DNA of 64,000 nt from Lama guanicoe. Its lineage: Eukaryota. Of the stretch, positions 49,901-62,875 are shown in pieces. Every line of letters begins with the position of its first letter. The stretch's first letter is position 1. The DNA lies in the NCBI GenBank assembly GCA_013239625.1, contig MU053304.1:1054001-1118000 (forward strand), given 5' to 3'. A program made the position numbers and the translations under genes. Below the pieces are notes generated by a model that saw nothing but the letters and a program-made list of their open reading frames with translations, had not been told where the DNA came from and ran no database searches.

Positions 49901-50599
49901 ATTCTGGAGCCAGAAGCTGGATGTCAGTTCCAGCCAAGGCTGCATCTACCATCACGCCGCTGCTACCAGAAAATGTGCCACTCCTGAGAAATTCCGCAGA
50001 CCTTCTAACGGGAGTTTGAATTACATCCTCGACTGTCTGGCTGGTCCTCCCTCCTGCCAGAATCCTATAGCTCTCAGAAGCAGGGTCCAGTTTTCTGGGC
50101 CTTGGGAGAAGTAGTTGGGACCCCATCCTGGCACCCTACCGGGGCTGGGTGCAAGGGAGGAAGACGGCTTGAAGAATCCCTTTCAAACTTTTAAAGCTGC
50201 AGGCCACGCCTTCAAATGTGGAGTATCCCCTCAGCATCTAAGCTGAGAAGACAGAGCTGCTCTGGTGGGGGTTGCATAGCAACCCCAAACCAGACCCGGT
50301 GGTCACTGATGCTGCAGTGACCACACCAGGGCAAGGGGGCTCGCTAAGGCTCTTCCTGGAATTCTATGCTCAGTCTTTGCTCTAGCTGTGACACCCACCT
50401 CTGAGTCCCCTCTCCAGCGTCCCCTCTTCCGGGGCACAGGTAATCCGGCAGCATCTCCTCACCGCCGACTGCCCCCCCACCCCCCGCCCCCACCTCAAGG
50501 TTTAGTCTGAGCAGTCAACTTGGGGAGGGGCCTTGGTGCTGTGGAAGACTCCTCAGAAGCTAGCAACGGAAAGAGAGAGGGAGAGAACTCCTGTTTCGA

Positions 50600-52080
50600 T
50601 GGTGGTGGAGGGGCGCCGGCGGGTGCTTGGTGCGTTCCAAGACCGCCAGGGGCGACGGCCGCGAAGGCCCCTTTGCTGGGGCACTAGAAAGCTTGGCCGG
50701 ACCAGCTCTCCTAACCCTCCTTGCCCGCCACGCGTCCTGCCCCCTCTGGGCCCTCCCCCGGTCAGACTCCACGCAGCTCAGACAGTTTTCCACGGCGGAA
50801 ATGCCTCCTCTCCCCTAGGCTGGAGGGAAAGGGGAGGCCGCTGCCCCCACAAAGCGCAACCTGGATGCGGGAGGGCCCCCGGGCAGCGCAGGGGCGTCCC
50901 CGCCGAGTGGAGGGGGTAGCCCAGAGGGAGAGCGAACGAGGAGAGGAAGGAAGAGGAGAGCTGGGAGGCCCAGACGGCGGGGGGCGGGGTGGGCTCAGGG
51001 CACCCAGACTCGTAACTCGAATCTCGAATCCCGGACTTGTGGCCAGGCCGGTTCTGGTTTATTTCCATTTCATGTTTCATCGCTTTAAATCTGGTCCACA
51101 AATTCAGGTGCACACTAGCAGCCCATCCTTCGTCCCCAGCAGTCCCCGGTTTGGGACGAAATCAATAGTCCCTCCCCCTTCGTTGGCACCAGACCCCCTC
51201 CCCTCATTCCCCACCAATCACAACCCACCGCCCTACTTTGGGGAAACAATGTCCAACCCTTCTCCCATCCCCCACCTGGGGAATCGACTCGCGGCCCCTC
51301 CTCCTTGATTGGAACCAGACGCACACACCCCCACCAACATTCCTCGAACTTCCTCGGACCAGCCCCCTCCCAGTATTTTGGGGCCAGGCGTCTAGGGCCC
51401 CCCTCCACTTTTGGAAGAGACCTCGAGCGCTTCCCCACCTGGGATCTGCGACTCGGACCCCCACTCACTCGTCAGACTTATGCTTTTGACTCCTTAAGGG
51501 GACAGGACCCAAGCCCCCTCCCCACTTTGGGATGGATGACCCATTCCTGACTCCCACCCCCGCTCCGCTCTAGGCTCCGGGATCCCAGTGCGCCTCGGGC
51601 AGTTGCCGGAACCGGCAAGGCGCGCTTTGGTCCCCCGCCCCCCATCTGAACAAATCCCAGCCCCTCTCACCCGAGCCGGCGTCAGCAGGATCTCGGCGGC
51701 CGGAGCGGGCGCCGGGGCCGAGGCCGAGGCCGAAGCCTTGTCGGCCTTGTCGCCCTTGATGCCGGCCACCGCGGGCTGGAAGCTGATCTTCACCATGGCT
51801 GCGACGGACCGCGCGTCCGCTCTGCAGCCTCTGCCCGCGCAGCCTCTCTCAGTGCAGCCTCTCTCTGTGCCACCACCGCTCCGCGCTCCGCAGGCACCGG
51901 AAGTTTGGAGCCTTTTCGCGTCCTTTTCTCTAACCCCACCCCCAGCCCTCCCCGCCCCCGCCCCAACAAGGGAGGGCCTTGGCTCCTGCCGCGCCTGCGC
52001 CCCCTTCCCGCCTGCGGGACTTGCAGTGACCCCTACCGGGCGCGCTGCTCCGACCCGGGGAAGTCTGAAGTTCCCGCAAC
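50600..52080 (-). promoter_or_regulatory. ITM2C CpG-island promoter / exon 1 region
   Basis: Dense CpG around exon 1; tandem GC boxes (ccccgcccccgcccc, 51950-51964); ETS motif ACCGGAAGT at 51896-51904; no obvious TATA box. Confidence 0.85.
51671..51796 (-). CDS. ITM2C: ITM2C (BRI3) coding exon 1, 42 codons
   Basis: Strong Kozak gcagccATGG; MVKISFQPAVAGIKGDKADKASASASAPAPAPAAEILLTPAR; donor CGG|gtgaga; 126 nt, phase 0. Confidence 0.96.
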
Positions 52081-53029
52081 CACTCATTCAGTCACTCCAT
52101 CCATCCATCCATCCAATCAGACAGGGACTCAACCCCCTTCGCAGCCTTATCCCTTCCATCTGCCTCTCCAAGACCAGCATCCCCAGAATATACAATCTTT
52201 GTTAAAATCGTGTTTGCCAGGCAAATGCATCTTCTAGACCTGTTCCGCATTTCCTCTACCCCACTTCATACCATCCTCTTTGGAAATGCTGGAGCCCTCA
52301 CTGTACTTGCTCCCACCGCTCCCTCCTCCCAGTTCCTCTTCCGATCTGTCCTGGGCCCTGGGAGGAAGTGTCAAGGCCAGATGCCTAACTACTTGCCTTT
52401 GTCCCGCATCCTGCATCCATCCACACCGGCTTCATTCTCCATCATTCTTTTCCCTTCATCATTCATTCCTGCAGAACCTTCCTGAGAGCCCTCACGGGGA
52501 GCATGCGGAGAACACTGGGAGTAGAGAAAGGAAAGCAGCCCCTGCTCTTTGACGCTCTTGTGTTAGCTGTGGCCTCAGTTACTGAGTGAAGGGTCCTGTT
52601 GCCCATTTCTTACCCATCCAGGAGGATTATGGCAAGTGTAATGGGAAGATCCGCAGGGCAGTGTGTCTGGAGACTCAATCCTTCTCTTACTGGGGAGACC
52701 TTGGAGCTGCTTGGCCACGCCCTTTCCCGTGACTCCTCCCACTCCTCTATCAACTCAGTTGAGGACCAAGATTGGTCACTGTGGGAAAGTCTCCTGGAAT
52801 CAACTCCTGCAAAAGCTCATTTAAAAACTAAATCCCCACGTGTGTTTACCTCTCTCCAAACTGAGTAGTTGAGTGCTATTCTTAAAAGAGATCTGGCTTA
52901 TTACAATTTAAAGCACTGGTTATTTAAGCCTTACAATTACAATTAAGCTCTAGACGGTCAGTGGAGTGAAAAAAACATTCAGGAGTCTCAGACAAGGGTA
53001 TACCCACCACCCTCAGAGCTCTATCAGCT

Positions 53030-53552
53030 GCCCAGAACTTACTCATCTTATAACTAGAAGTTCATATCCCTTGGCCACCATCTCCCCATTTACCCCATCC
53101 CCATCTTGTGATAACCACTGTTCTGCTCTCTGGTTCTATGAGGTCGACTATTTTAGGTTCCACATTTAAATGAGATCACACAGTATTTGTCTTTCTCTGT
53201 CTGGTTTATTTCACTTAGCATGACGTCCTCCATGTTCACATGTTGTCACAAATGGCAGGATTTTCTTCATTTTCATGCCTAAATAATATTCCATTTATAT
53301 ACACACCACATTTTGTTTATCTATTCATCTGTCGATGAATCAGTGAACACTTAGGTTGCTTCCACGTCTTGGCTGTTGTGACTAATGCTGCAATGAACAT
53401 AGGAGTGCAGGTATCTTTTCAAGATACTCATTTCATTTCCTTTGGATATACACCCAGAAGAGGAATTGCCAGATCATATGGAATTGCTGGATCATATCTA
53501 TTTTTAATTTTTTGAGGCACTTCCATACTGTTTTCCATAATGGCTATACCTG
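53030..53552 (-). mobile_element. L1MA/MB-type 3' fragment
   Basis: ttccacatttaaatgagatcacacagtatttgtctttctctgtctgg...gctgcaatgaacatagg...cccagaagaggaattg...ttccatactgttttccata. Confidence 0.85.
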
Positions 53553-54370
53553 CTAAGTATATTGAAGAGATATTTCTACTGAAAAAAAAATCAGTAAAAA
53601 GAGACAAATCTCTGGAAAATCTAATTAATAAATAAGAGAAAATACTAATACTTACCATATTCTGCAGTTACAAGTATAGAGAAGGTAGATATTACAAAGT
53701 ATAAAATACTTTATACACAATCATATCTAATAAATATAAATATTCTGAAATAATGATTTATGAAAAAGAAGAAATGGCCAAGATGGACTCCAGAAGAAGT
53801 AGATCATGATGCCCTATAATCAAGGAAGCTACTGGAAAAAGTTCTCAAGCAATTATCTCAAAAAATGACTAAGAGCAGCCAGATCACTTAACTGGATAAT
53901 TCTTTCCAACTAAAGGAACGGTTAATTCCACTGATGCTCTGATTAGTTTCAGGCATACTTTATATATTCTGATACAAAAATCTGACAAATAGAAGGGAAA
54001 ACATAATTTTAGTTACAAATAGAGATACAAAAATTCAATAGAACATTACAAGAACACTGAGGTGTCATCAAGGAGAACTTCTAAGAGTAATGACACAGAA
54101 TTTGTGTTTAAAAATCTATTTCAGGAGAAATTGATTTATAAAATAATGCTCAAAACTCATAGTTATTCAAGCTTGAACAGCACAGAAAAACGTAAAGAAA
54201 ACAAAGCAACTATTATGACAAAACCCACAATAACCACTGTGAATGTCCTGTTATCTTGTTTGCCAACATCTTTTACACTCTCTGTGTATGAGTATGGTTA
54301 CGTGTGCTGTGATTTTGAGAAAACTGGACTCCCATTTTTTGTGTATGTGTGCGCGTGCACACGTGTGTGT

Positions 54371-54586
54371 GTATGTTCTCAACTGAGGGTATTTTTGACC
54401 CTCAGGAACATTTAGCAATGTTTGGTGACATTTTTGGTTGTCACAGTGGGGGAGAAAGAAAGGGGGGCAGGGTCGGTGCTACTGGCCTCTAGTGGGTAGA
54501 AGCCAGAGATGCTGCTGAACACAGTGCACAAGACAAAGAATTATCCAGTCTAAAATGTCAACAGCGTCAAGGTTGAGAAATACTGA
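54371..54586 (+). mobile_element. MER20 (hAT-Charlie)
   Basis: gttctcaact...caatgtttggtgacatttttggttgtcac...tgctactggcctctagtgggtaga...aaatgtcaacagcgtcaaggttgagaaatactg. Confidence 0.85.
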
Positions 54587-54636
54587 TTAATATCCTCCTT
54601 TTTTTCCCTTTAAGATAATTTCAGCATCTTATCAGG

Positions 54637-55219
54637 TGATAGGCGGATGCCCACCGTCTCCCTCCCCATGTCCTCATTTCTGGACCCTGTGAATTTGCTA
54701 CCTTGCATGGTGAAAGGAACTTTGCAGGTGTAATTAAGTTTACGAGCCTAAAATAGGGAGATTATCCTGGATCATCAGTGTGGGCCCAGTCTAATCACAT
54801 AAAACTTAAAAGCAGAGAGCTTTCCCTGGCTGGAGTGAGGGATGTGGCAGAAGGAGAATCAAGAGAGAGTTGAACTAAGAAGGACTGGATGTGGCCTTGC
54901 TGGTCTGAAGATGATGGGGGAGTGTTGCGAGGAGAGCAGGAGAGAGACTCCTGGCTGAGTGCAAGAAAACGGGGACCTCAGTCCTACAACCACATGGAAC
55001 TGAATTCTGTCAACAACCTGAGTGAGTCTGGAGGAACATTCCCCTCTGGATCCTCCAGATAAGGAGCCCGAGTTGGCCTGCACCTTGCTTTTGACTCTGT
55101 GAGACCAGGAGCAGAGGAAACAGCAGAGCCCACTGTCCTGTTAACCTACACAACTCCTAGACGAGGAATCTGTGTTGCACCAACTGTATGACAATATGTT
55201 ACAGCAGCAATATAAAACA
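54637..55219 (+). mobile_element. MaLR LTR (MLT1D/E-like)
   Basis: ccctgtgaat...ctttgcaggtgtaattaag...gggagattatcctgga...ctgaattctgtcaacaacctgagtgag...gttacagcagcaata. Confidence 0.8.
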
Positions 55220-55454
55220 ATGTGTCTGGCAGGATTAAAAATCATCTCAAATTCACAAACATCTTTGTATGTAAATCTTTGTCTCACCTCATAGGCTTTT
55301 TTCCTAAACATTGCCAAGGTCCTCACCAGAATTGTTTTTTCAATTTATCACCAGGCATATTTGCAAGAAATGGCTATACTACCTTTGGTGAAATTATTTA
55401 AAATGTGTTCTTTAATTTTATAAATAAAAACATAGACCTCAATATTATAATTTA

Positions 55455-56000
55455 AAAAATTGAAGTATACTTGATTTACATTATTGTGTTAGTTTCAAGG
55501 GTACAGCAAAGTGATTCAGTTATTTTTTTCTGCTTATATCCCTTTACAGGTTATTACAAGATATTCAACATAATTCCTTGTGTTATACAGTAAATCCCTG
55601 TTGCTTAGTAATTTCATGTGTAGTATTTTACATCTGTTAATCCCATACTTCTAATTTATCCTCCTCCCACCTCCCCTTTGGTAACTGTAAGTTTGTGTTC
55701 TACATCTGTAAGTCTGTTTCTGTTTTGTATATAGATTCATTTGTATTATTTTTTAGATTCCACATATAAGTGATATCATATACTGTTTGTCTTTCTCTGT
55801 CTCATTTACTTCACTACGTATAACATTCTCTAGGTCTATTCATGTTGCTGCAAATGGCAATATTTTATTCTTTTTATGGCTGAGTAATAATCATATATAT
55901 ATATACATGTATACACACACAGGAGTGGGATTGCTAGATCATATGTTATCTCTATTCAATATTATAATATTTTGTCAATTTTTTATTCAAAAATTTTAAA
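55455..56000 (-). mobile_element. L1 3'-end fragment (cetartiodactyl-type)
   Basis: attgaagtatacttgatttaca...gtacagcaaagtgattcagt...tagattccacatataagtgatatcata...catgttgctgcaaatggca. Confidence 0.85.
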
Positions 56001-56749
56001 GTGCCAGGTATTTGCTAATTATGTGTTTTTTTAAGATCTACCTCTTAGATTGATCAATCCTGTTTCTTTTTCTGTTTTATATTTACTTTATTTCTGCCTT
56101 TAAAAAATTTTATTTTTCTCTTTTCTTCAGATTTGTTCTGTTATTTTTCTTAATTTTTTCTTTTCTTTTCTTTACAAGATATTGAATATAGTTCCCTGTG
56201 CTATACAGTAAGACCTTGTTATTTTTTCCTCTTTTTTATTACTAGTGAAGATAAAACATTTGTCCTTATATTCATTATGTCTCTGTCTACAAATTAGGGG
56301 AAATATTAGCTATTTCATAGGTAATAATAATTAAGTAATAATATTAGGTGTAAATGAGATGATAAATAGTGCAGAACTGAAAGTATTATAACTCAAATAA
56401 CTTTCTGCTGCTGGTTGTTGGATTGCTTTCAGTTTTTCACTATTATAAACAATGCTGCAGTGGACATCCTCAATACTCTCCACAAAGGGCATCCAGTTCA
56501 GACCCCACCAGCTGTGCCACTACTGCTGCTTCCCCCCACACCCCTCCCCGTTGGGGAGGGGGATGTTCCATTTAAATCATCTGAAAAACAGTAATACTAT
56601 TTTATCTGAGTTTTTCAGAATGTTGCTCAGAAAAATAAAAATGTCATCAGCAGGTATACACATTTGAAATGTATTTTGAAGCAAGTTGTTTTTACCCAGT
56701 CAAGGTTTATGAGATGTAATTTCTAATAAAATTTTTTATTTGAAGTGGA

Positions 56750-57158
56750 AATAATAGTTCTGGAGGCTGGGAGTCTGAGGTCAAGGTGTTGTCATGGTTC
56801 GTTCCCCCTGAGGGCTGGGAGGGAGAATCCTTTCCATATTTTGCCCCAGGTTCCGCTGATTTACTGGCATCTTTGGTGTTCCTTGGTGTTCCTTGGTGTG
56901 TAGACCACCACCCCAATCTTGGCCTTTTTCTTCACGTGCAGTTCTCCGTGTGTGTGTCCAAATTTCCCTTTTAATAAGGACACCCATCTTACAGGATTAG
57001 GGCCCATCCTAATCACCTCATCTTAACTAATTACATCTGCAACAACTCTATTTCCAAATAAGGTCACCTTCTGAGGTGCTTGAATTACTAACCCTCAGGC
57101 TGAATTCAAATTCAAATCCAACATATGAATTTGGGGGACACAATTCAACCCAAAACAC
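56750..57158 (-). mobile_element. MaLR LTR (MLT1C-like), antisense
   Basis: agttctggaggctgggagtctgaggtcaagg...ttaataaggacacc...ggattagggccca...gggggacacaattcaaccca. Confidence 0.85.
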
Positions 57159-58800
57159 AGGCTTGTCCGTAATTACACTTCCCTAGGATACCTTCTGCCA
57201 TCAGTATCCATATGCAGTTGGTGTATATTCTTCTAGGTTTTCTCTACATGCACATGTACACTCACAAAGTTTATTTTGTAAAGAATAGGGTTCTTTGGTT
57301 TTCTAATCTGCTTTTTTTTCAGTTGGCATAAATGTTCTGAATGCCTTTCCATGTCATCAAATACAGATTATATTTTAATGAGTGCACAGAATTCTATTCT
57401 TTGATGTACCATACTTTACTGATTGAAGAACAGTCCAAATTTCGCTCTTCCAAGCAAAGCAGCCATGAAGATGCTTGTATGCAGTGTGCTTCCTTGCTTG
57501 CTAGCTTGCTCTTTTCCTAAGATAAATTGCTACAAGTCGGTCGGCTGGTTTAAATGACCTACATCTTGCAAAATATTATGAAACATATTGACAACCTGCC
57601 CTTCAGAAAAGCTATGACCTTTTACACTCCCTCCATCAGAACACTTCCTCTTCCATAACTGCTCGTCCCCAGCCTTCCACATCTGGGCAAGGACAACCCT
57701 GTTTTAGCCGGTGAAGCCAAATCTTGGTCATCCAGTTACCTCTTCTTGTCTCACACAGCTCACTGAATCTACCAGCAAGTTCCCTGAGTTCTTCCTCCAA
57801 AGTCTATCCGCATCCGAAAGTTTCTCTCACCTTGGTCCACGCCATCGTATCACCTGGACCTTTGCAGCCCCGCTTCCCCGGCCCACGCAAAGTCTGTTCT
57901 CCATGCAGCCGCCAGAGAGCGCAATTTAAAAAGTAAGTCGGACCATGCCCTGGCATCTGCCCCAAACCCGGCTCTGATTTCCCATTTCCTTCAGAATAAA
58001 CCCCACAGATCTGACCAGGGGCTCCAGACTCTACTGTAATCAGGCTCTGCCTATGTTCTTTCCCAGTTCTTCTATTCGTATTTTTCTTCATAAAAAATAC
58101 ACTTTGTATATTAAGAATATTAGCTCTGTCGATCAGCATTCACTGGTAGTTTTCCATTTTGACATCCGTCTTTTTATTGAATTCACGGACTGTTTTGATA
58201 TGTAAATCCCTCAAATTTTCCATTATGATTTCTTCCTCGCCTGTACACTTAGAAAAACTCTCTTCCCTTTAAACTTATATATTCATCAATATTTTCTTCT
58301 AGCATTGTTATGTATATAGAACATCGAAATCGTTGGGCATTAGTTTCAAAGTTCTTGACGATTGTAATGTACTGGCTTTTCAAGGCACATTTTAGAATGA
58401 TTTTTCTACTTGTCTGCAAAAAACTATTAGGATTTTTATTGGATTTGCTTTAATTTAGGGGAGAGTCTACATCGCCATCCAGAAATATGGTTTGTCTCTC
58501 CATTTAAGCTTTATGGTCCTCAGTGAAGTTTCTAGGTCGTAAAACTGATTCCCAGGAATTCTGTATTTGTAGCTGCTATTGGGAAGGAAATATATTTGCA
58601 GCCAGCCTTCTTCATGGGAACACCATCGCAGGCGGTCGGGGAAGCCGGGGAGAAGGAGACGCACATTTGGGAACGTAGAACGTGGGGGCGGCGGGCAGCT
58701 GGGGGCCCCTCCTGCTTCTCGGAGCCGCACATGGCCTCGCCCAGGGTCCGCCCGCCGCGGCTGATGGTGGCGCGCCCCCACTCTGCTCGGGGCGATTCGA

Positions 58801-58819
58801 TGGCGCCCCCTGGTGGCCA
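58801..58819 (-). promoter_or_regulatory. CTCF motif within a small CpG-rich patch (about 58620-58840)
   Basis: Minus strand reads TGGCCACCAGGGGGCGCCA, essentially the CTCF core consensus. Confidence 0.8.
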
Positions 58820-59029
58820 CCTTCAGGGCGGCGCTTCCGCTAATTTTCAATTTCACCTTCACATCACCTTCTTTGATTTTCTCTCCGTGCTAGACCTTCA
58901 AGACACCTCTTAAACAAGGACAGCAAACGATTTTCAACATTTTCGATTCAGTAAAATACAGTTTGGAAGACGAATTGTGAAAAAGTCACTCTAAAGCCAA
59001 ATCGACTCTTAAACATGTAGAGCTATTTA

Positions 59030-59320
59030 TTCATTCACTCAACGCCTGCTGATGGAGGGTGTCCTATGGGCTGGGCTGTAGGGATTCAGGCGTGAACCAA
59101 GACAGACAAGAGCCCTACTGTTCGCTTGTATCTTATGTTCTAGTGAAAGGAGACCAAAAATAATCAAGTCAATAAATGTGATTATTCCCAAGAATGTTAC
59201 GTGCTTTGAAGAAAAAATAGTGATGTGAAAAGAATGGAGAGGGGGTCAGGGCAGGCTTCTTTCTCTGAGGAGGTGTCATTGAAGCGGAGAGCTGGATGAG
59301 GAGGAATCAGTGCAGTAGGA
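59030..59320 (-). mobile_element. L2 3' fragment
   Basis: tattcattcactcaac...gtgaaccaagacagaca...ttctagtg...ctctgaggaggtgtcattgaag. Confidence 0.6.
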
Positions 59321-59666
59321 TGGCTGGACTAGAGGTTATGGTCTTTTGTCAAATCCAGAGCCTGTATTTTTAATAGGAGTGCAGATTTAATCAGGGAAAA
59401 TGTAAATATATGCATCTTTGTTGCTTTGTCCATTCTTTCATATTCATATTTTACGATGCAGCTACGTTTCACCCACAAGGTAAGAGTGAAGTTCCCATCC
59501 GCCTGCAGACCCTGCAATCTGTCCTTGTTGGAGACAATGGATGTTGGCAGCTCTGGTCTGGGTGTGGGAGACATCTCGCTTTAGACCTTGAGCTGTCTTT
59601 CAGGCTGTGATTAAAGATATTTTTCCTGTTGTCAATACAAAAACCAAACTCTAGGAATTAACCCAG

Positions 59667-60005
59667 TGTTATGAGCTAAATAGTCTTCCCCAACCAATTC
59701 CTAACTCCCAGAACCTCAGAATATGACTGTAGGTGGAGACAGGACCTTCAAAGCAGTGCTTAAGTTAAAATGAGGTCTTTAGGGTGGGCCCTAATCCAAT
59801 ACATCTGATGTCTTTAAAAGAGACAGGACACAGACATGGGGGAAGACCCTGTGAAGACACAGGGAGAAGACGGCCATCTCCAAGCCAAGGAAAGGGGCCT
59901 CAGGAGAAACAGGTCCTGCTGACTTGATTTTGGACTTTTAGCCTCCAGAATTAGGAGAAAATAAATTTCTGTTGTTTGAGCAAGCCAGTCTCTGATACTT
60001 GCTAT
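59667..60005 (+). mobile_element. MaLR LTR (MLT1B-like)
   Basis: tgttatgagctaaat...cctcagaatatgactgta...taagttaaaatgaggtc...gggtgggccctaatcca...gcctccagaatt...aataaatttctgttgtt. Confidence 0.8.
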
Positions 60006-60519
60006 TCTTAGATGATTATTACCTTTAGAATGAAATTTAAAAGAATCAAAGTATAATGGTTAAAGTAAATGACTTACTGTGAAAAATATTGGTAAACACG
60101 GGCCTAGAAGATTGAGGCGCACATGACTAGGGTTGGAGCCATGAATTGTAATGTGTTGAAACCCAGGAAAACTGAGTCCTAACTAACCATGTGTACAGGG
60201 CGGGGCAAGGAAAGAATGTTAACAGGAAGGAGGCAGTGGGCAGGGACCAGGCAGCTTTCAGAAACCCACACATCCAGCCAACATTAGTGTCACCTACTTG
60301 CTAGAGGACGGAAGTGAACCAAGTTCAAGGGAGGAGCAACCTAGACAACAGAGAGAGGTTGTCAGGTTGTCCCACACTCTGCTAGAAGAGACCATCAAGC
60401 CGGCCCTACGTGACCCCTCCTCCCACTGGATGGATGCTGACTCAGCAGCCTTCTGGTTTCTGTTTTAGCTTTCCAAGTCCCCTGATCTGTGAAAGAAGGC
60501 CCACCATTCACCCCAAATT

Positions 60520-60945
60520 TTGTTTTGTTGAGCATCTGCTTTGTGCTAGGCCCTGAGACACACAGCGAGCGAGGCATTACATTCTGGGATATGGAGGGAA
60601 GAGGATGGATACAAGATCTGCTTGAAAGTAGAGTAAGAAGAACATGGAGAGGAATCAGACATGTGGGGAGGTGGAAAGGAGAGAGATGACTTTTAGGTTT
60701 GGGGCCAAGTCCAGGATGGTGGTGAAATGAGAAGATTATAGGGAGAAGTGCCAAGAGCTTTCCCAGCCAGATTGGGTTTGAGATGCCCTTCAAGCATCTA
60801 GGAGACATCAAATAACTTGATAGATGAATTCTGGGAGGAGGCTGGGCTGGAGATATAACTGTGGGACTCAGCAGCTTACGGATGGAATTTAAAGTCATGG
60901 GACTGGGTGAGGTCACTCAGGAATAAACCGTAGTTGGATAAGCCA
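60520..60945 (-). mobile_element. L2 fragments
   Basis: ttgagcatctgctttgtgctaggc; gggtttgagatgcc...catctag...gggctggagatata...atttaaagtcatgggactgggtgaggtcac. Confidence 0.6.
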
Positions 60946-61349
60946 AAGGTCAGGATAAATTTTGATGTGTTAGGTTTTAATTTTCACTAATACCAAACTA
61001 TTTTCTTATTTCCCTTGTGATTTCTCCTTTGACACGTGGAAGATTATGAAGATTGTGATTTAGTTCCTGAATATTGGGAGACTTGAGAGAGAACTTTATG
61101 CCACTGATTTTGAATTTCTTTCTATTGCGTTCAGAGAACATATTGTAACGTGCTCTATATAATTTCAATCCTTTTCTCTTCAGATTTTTTGAGAATCACT
61201 TTATGTTTCAGCATATAGTAGACCTTGACAAATATTCCATGTGTACTTGGAGAAAAAGTGCATTTTGCTGTTTGGGGTTCAAAGTTTTGTAAATGTCAAT
61301 ATGGCACGTTGGTTGATGGTGTTGTTCAAATCTTCTATATCCTTTCTTT

Positions 61350-61900
61350 TTTTTTTTAAATTAACTTTATTTTTTAGAAAAGTTTTACCTTTACAGAAAA
61401 ATTGCAACATAGTACAGAGAGCTCCCATCGGCCCCACACCCCATTCCCGTCTTGTTAACAAACGTCTTATGTTTGTGCGGCACTTTTACTACAGTTAATG
61501 AATCAATGTTGATACATTATTATTAACTAAAGTTCATGCTTTATTCAGATTTCCTTGGTTTATACTCAATGTGCCTTTTCTCTTCCAGGATCTCACCCAG
61601 GATCCAACAGGATATTTAGTTGTCACATTTCTTTAGGTTCCTCTTGGCTATGACAGTTTCTCAGATTTTCCTTGTTTTTGATGACAGTTGACAGTTTTGA
61701 GCTATTTGGTAGGACGTCTCTCTAAGGGGATCTGTCTGATGCTTTTCTCATGCTGAGACTGGGGTTATGGGTTTGGGGGAGAAGGAGCACAGAGGTAAAG
61801 TGCCGTTTTCATCCTGGCGTATCAGAGACGCGGGTTATCAGCATCACTTATGTCTGCTGATGGTGACTTTCGGCACCTGGCTGAGGTGATACTTGTCAGT
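61350..61900 (-). mobile_element. L1MC/MD-type 3' fragment nested in an older L1
   Basis: tttacagaaaaattgcaacatagtacagagagctccc...gatacattattattaactaaag...gactggggttatgggtttgggg. Confidence 0.75.
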
Positions 61901-62528
61901 TTAAATGGGCATCCCGTTTCCTGGCAGCCCCCTCTAGTGGTCCTTTCGGCTGCTGCCAAATGTCCATTTGGAGCATCCAGGACATAGGATGCTCTTCAAA
62001 ATATGTAAATTCTTCTTCAGATTTTTTTTGTCTGATGTATGAAATTCTTTTCTGAAGTTCTCAAGGTTTCTTTTGGCCAAGAGAGCTTGAAGCCCACTAT
62101 TATGGGCTTCTTTCCTGGGAAGTAAGCTGGCTTCAGTAATAGCCCGTGGTTCTTTTGAACATTTCTGATGGAATTTTGGCTTGTACTCTGTAGGTATCCA
62201 GCACGGCTGATCTTGCCATCTGCTTTGGAGAGATTCTCCTATAACGTTAAAGGGCAAATTCTCTCTTGGTTGGATATTTGGCGAGCATTCATTTATTTTT
62301 CTTGCTGTAATTCAGGAAGGACTTGAAATTTCTGCTGGTGTGATTGCCTCTCCCTTTTTGTGTTTTTCTAAGTTCAGTGAAGCCTTCTCAGTTTGAAGCC
62401 TTTAAATATGAGGGCATTGGCTATTTCATCTTCTTCAGCTGATTTAGTGTGTATTCTATTTCTTTTACAGTGTTTTAAAATAATCATTTAATTGAGTAGC
62501 ATCAATCAGTTTCCTCAGAAGTCCTTTT

Positions 62529-62875
62529 TTAAATTGAAGTATAGTCAGTTACAATGTGTTAGTCTCTAGTGTACAGCACAATGTCCCAGTCATACATATA
62601 CATACATATATTCATTTTCATTAAAGGTTATTACAAGATATTGAATACAGTCCCCTGTGCTATACAGAAGAAATTGGTTATTTATCTATTTTTATACATA
62701 GTTGTGAATATTTGCAAATCTCAAACTCCCTTCCTACCCTCTTTTCCCCCGCCCGGTAACCATAAAATTGTTTACTATGTCTGCAAGTCTGTTTCTGTTT
62801 TGTAGATGAGTTCATTACTGTCTTCTTTTTTCAGACTCCAGATATGAGTAATATCATATGGTATTTTTCTTTCTC
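62529..62875 (-). mobile_element. Young 5'-truncated L1 with perfect target-site duplication
   Basis: L1 3' end flanked by tttcctcagaagtcctttt at 62510-62528 and 62876-62894. Confidence 0.88.

Noticed and set aside
50533..52205. Long ORFs across the ITM2C CpG island
   Set aside because: Stop-codon depletion in a CpG island; only 51671-51796 resembles a known protein.
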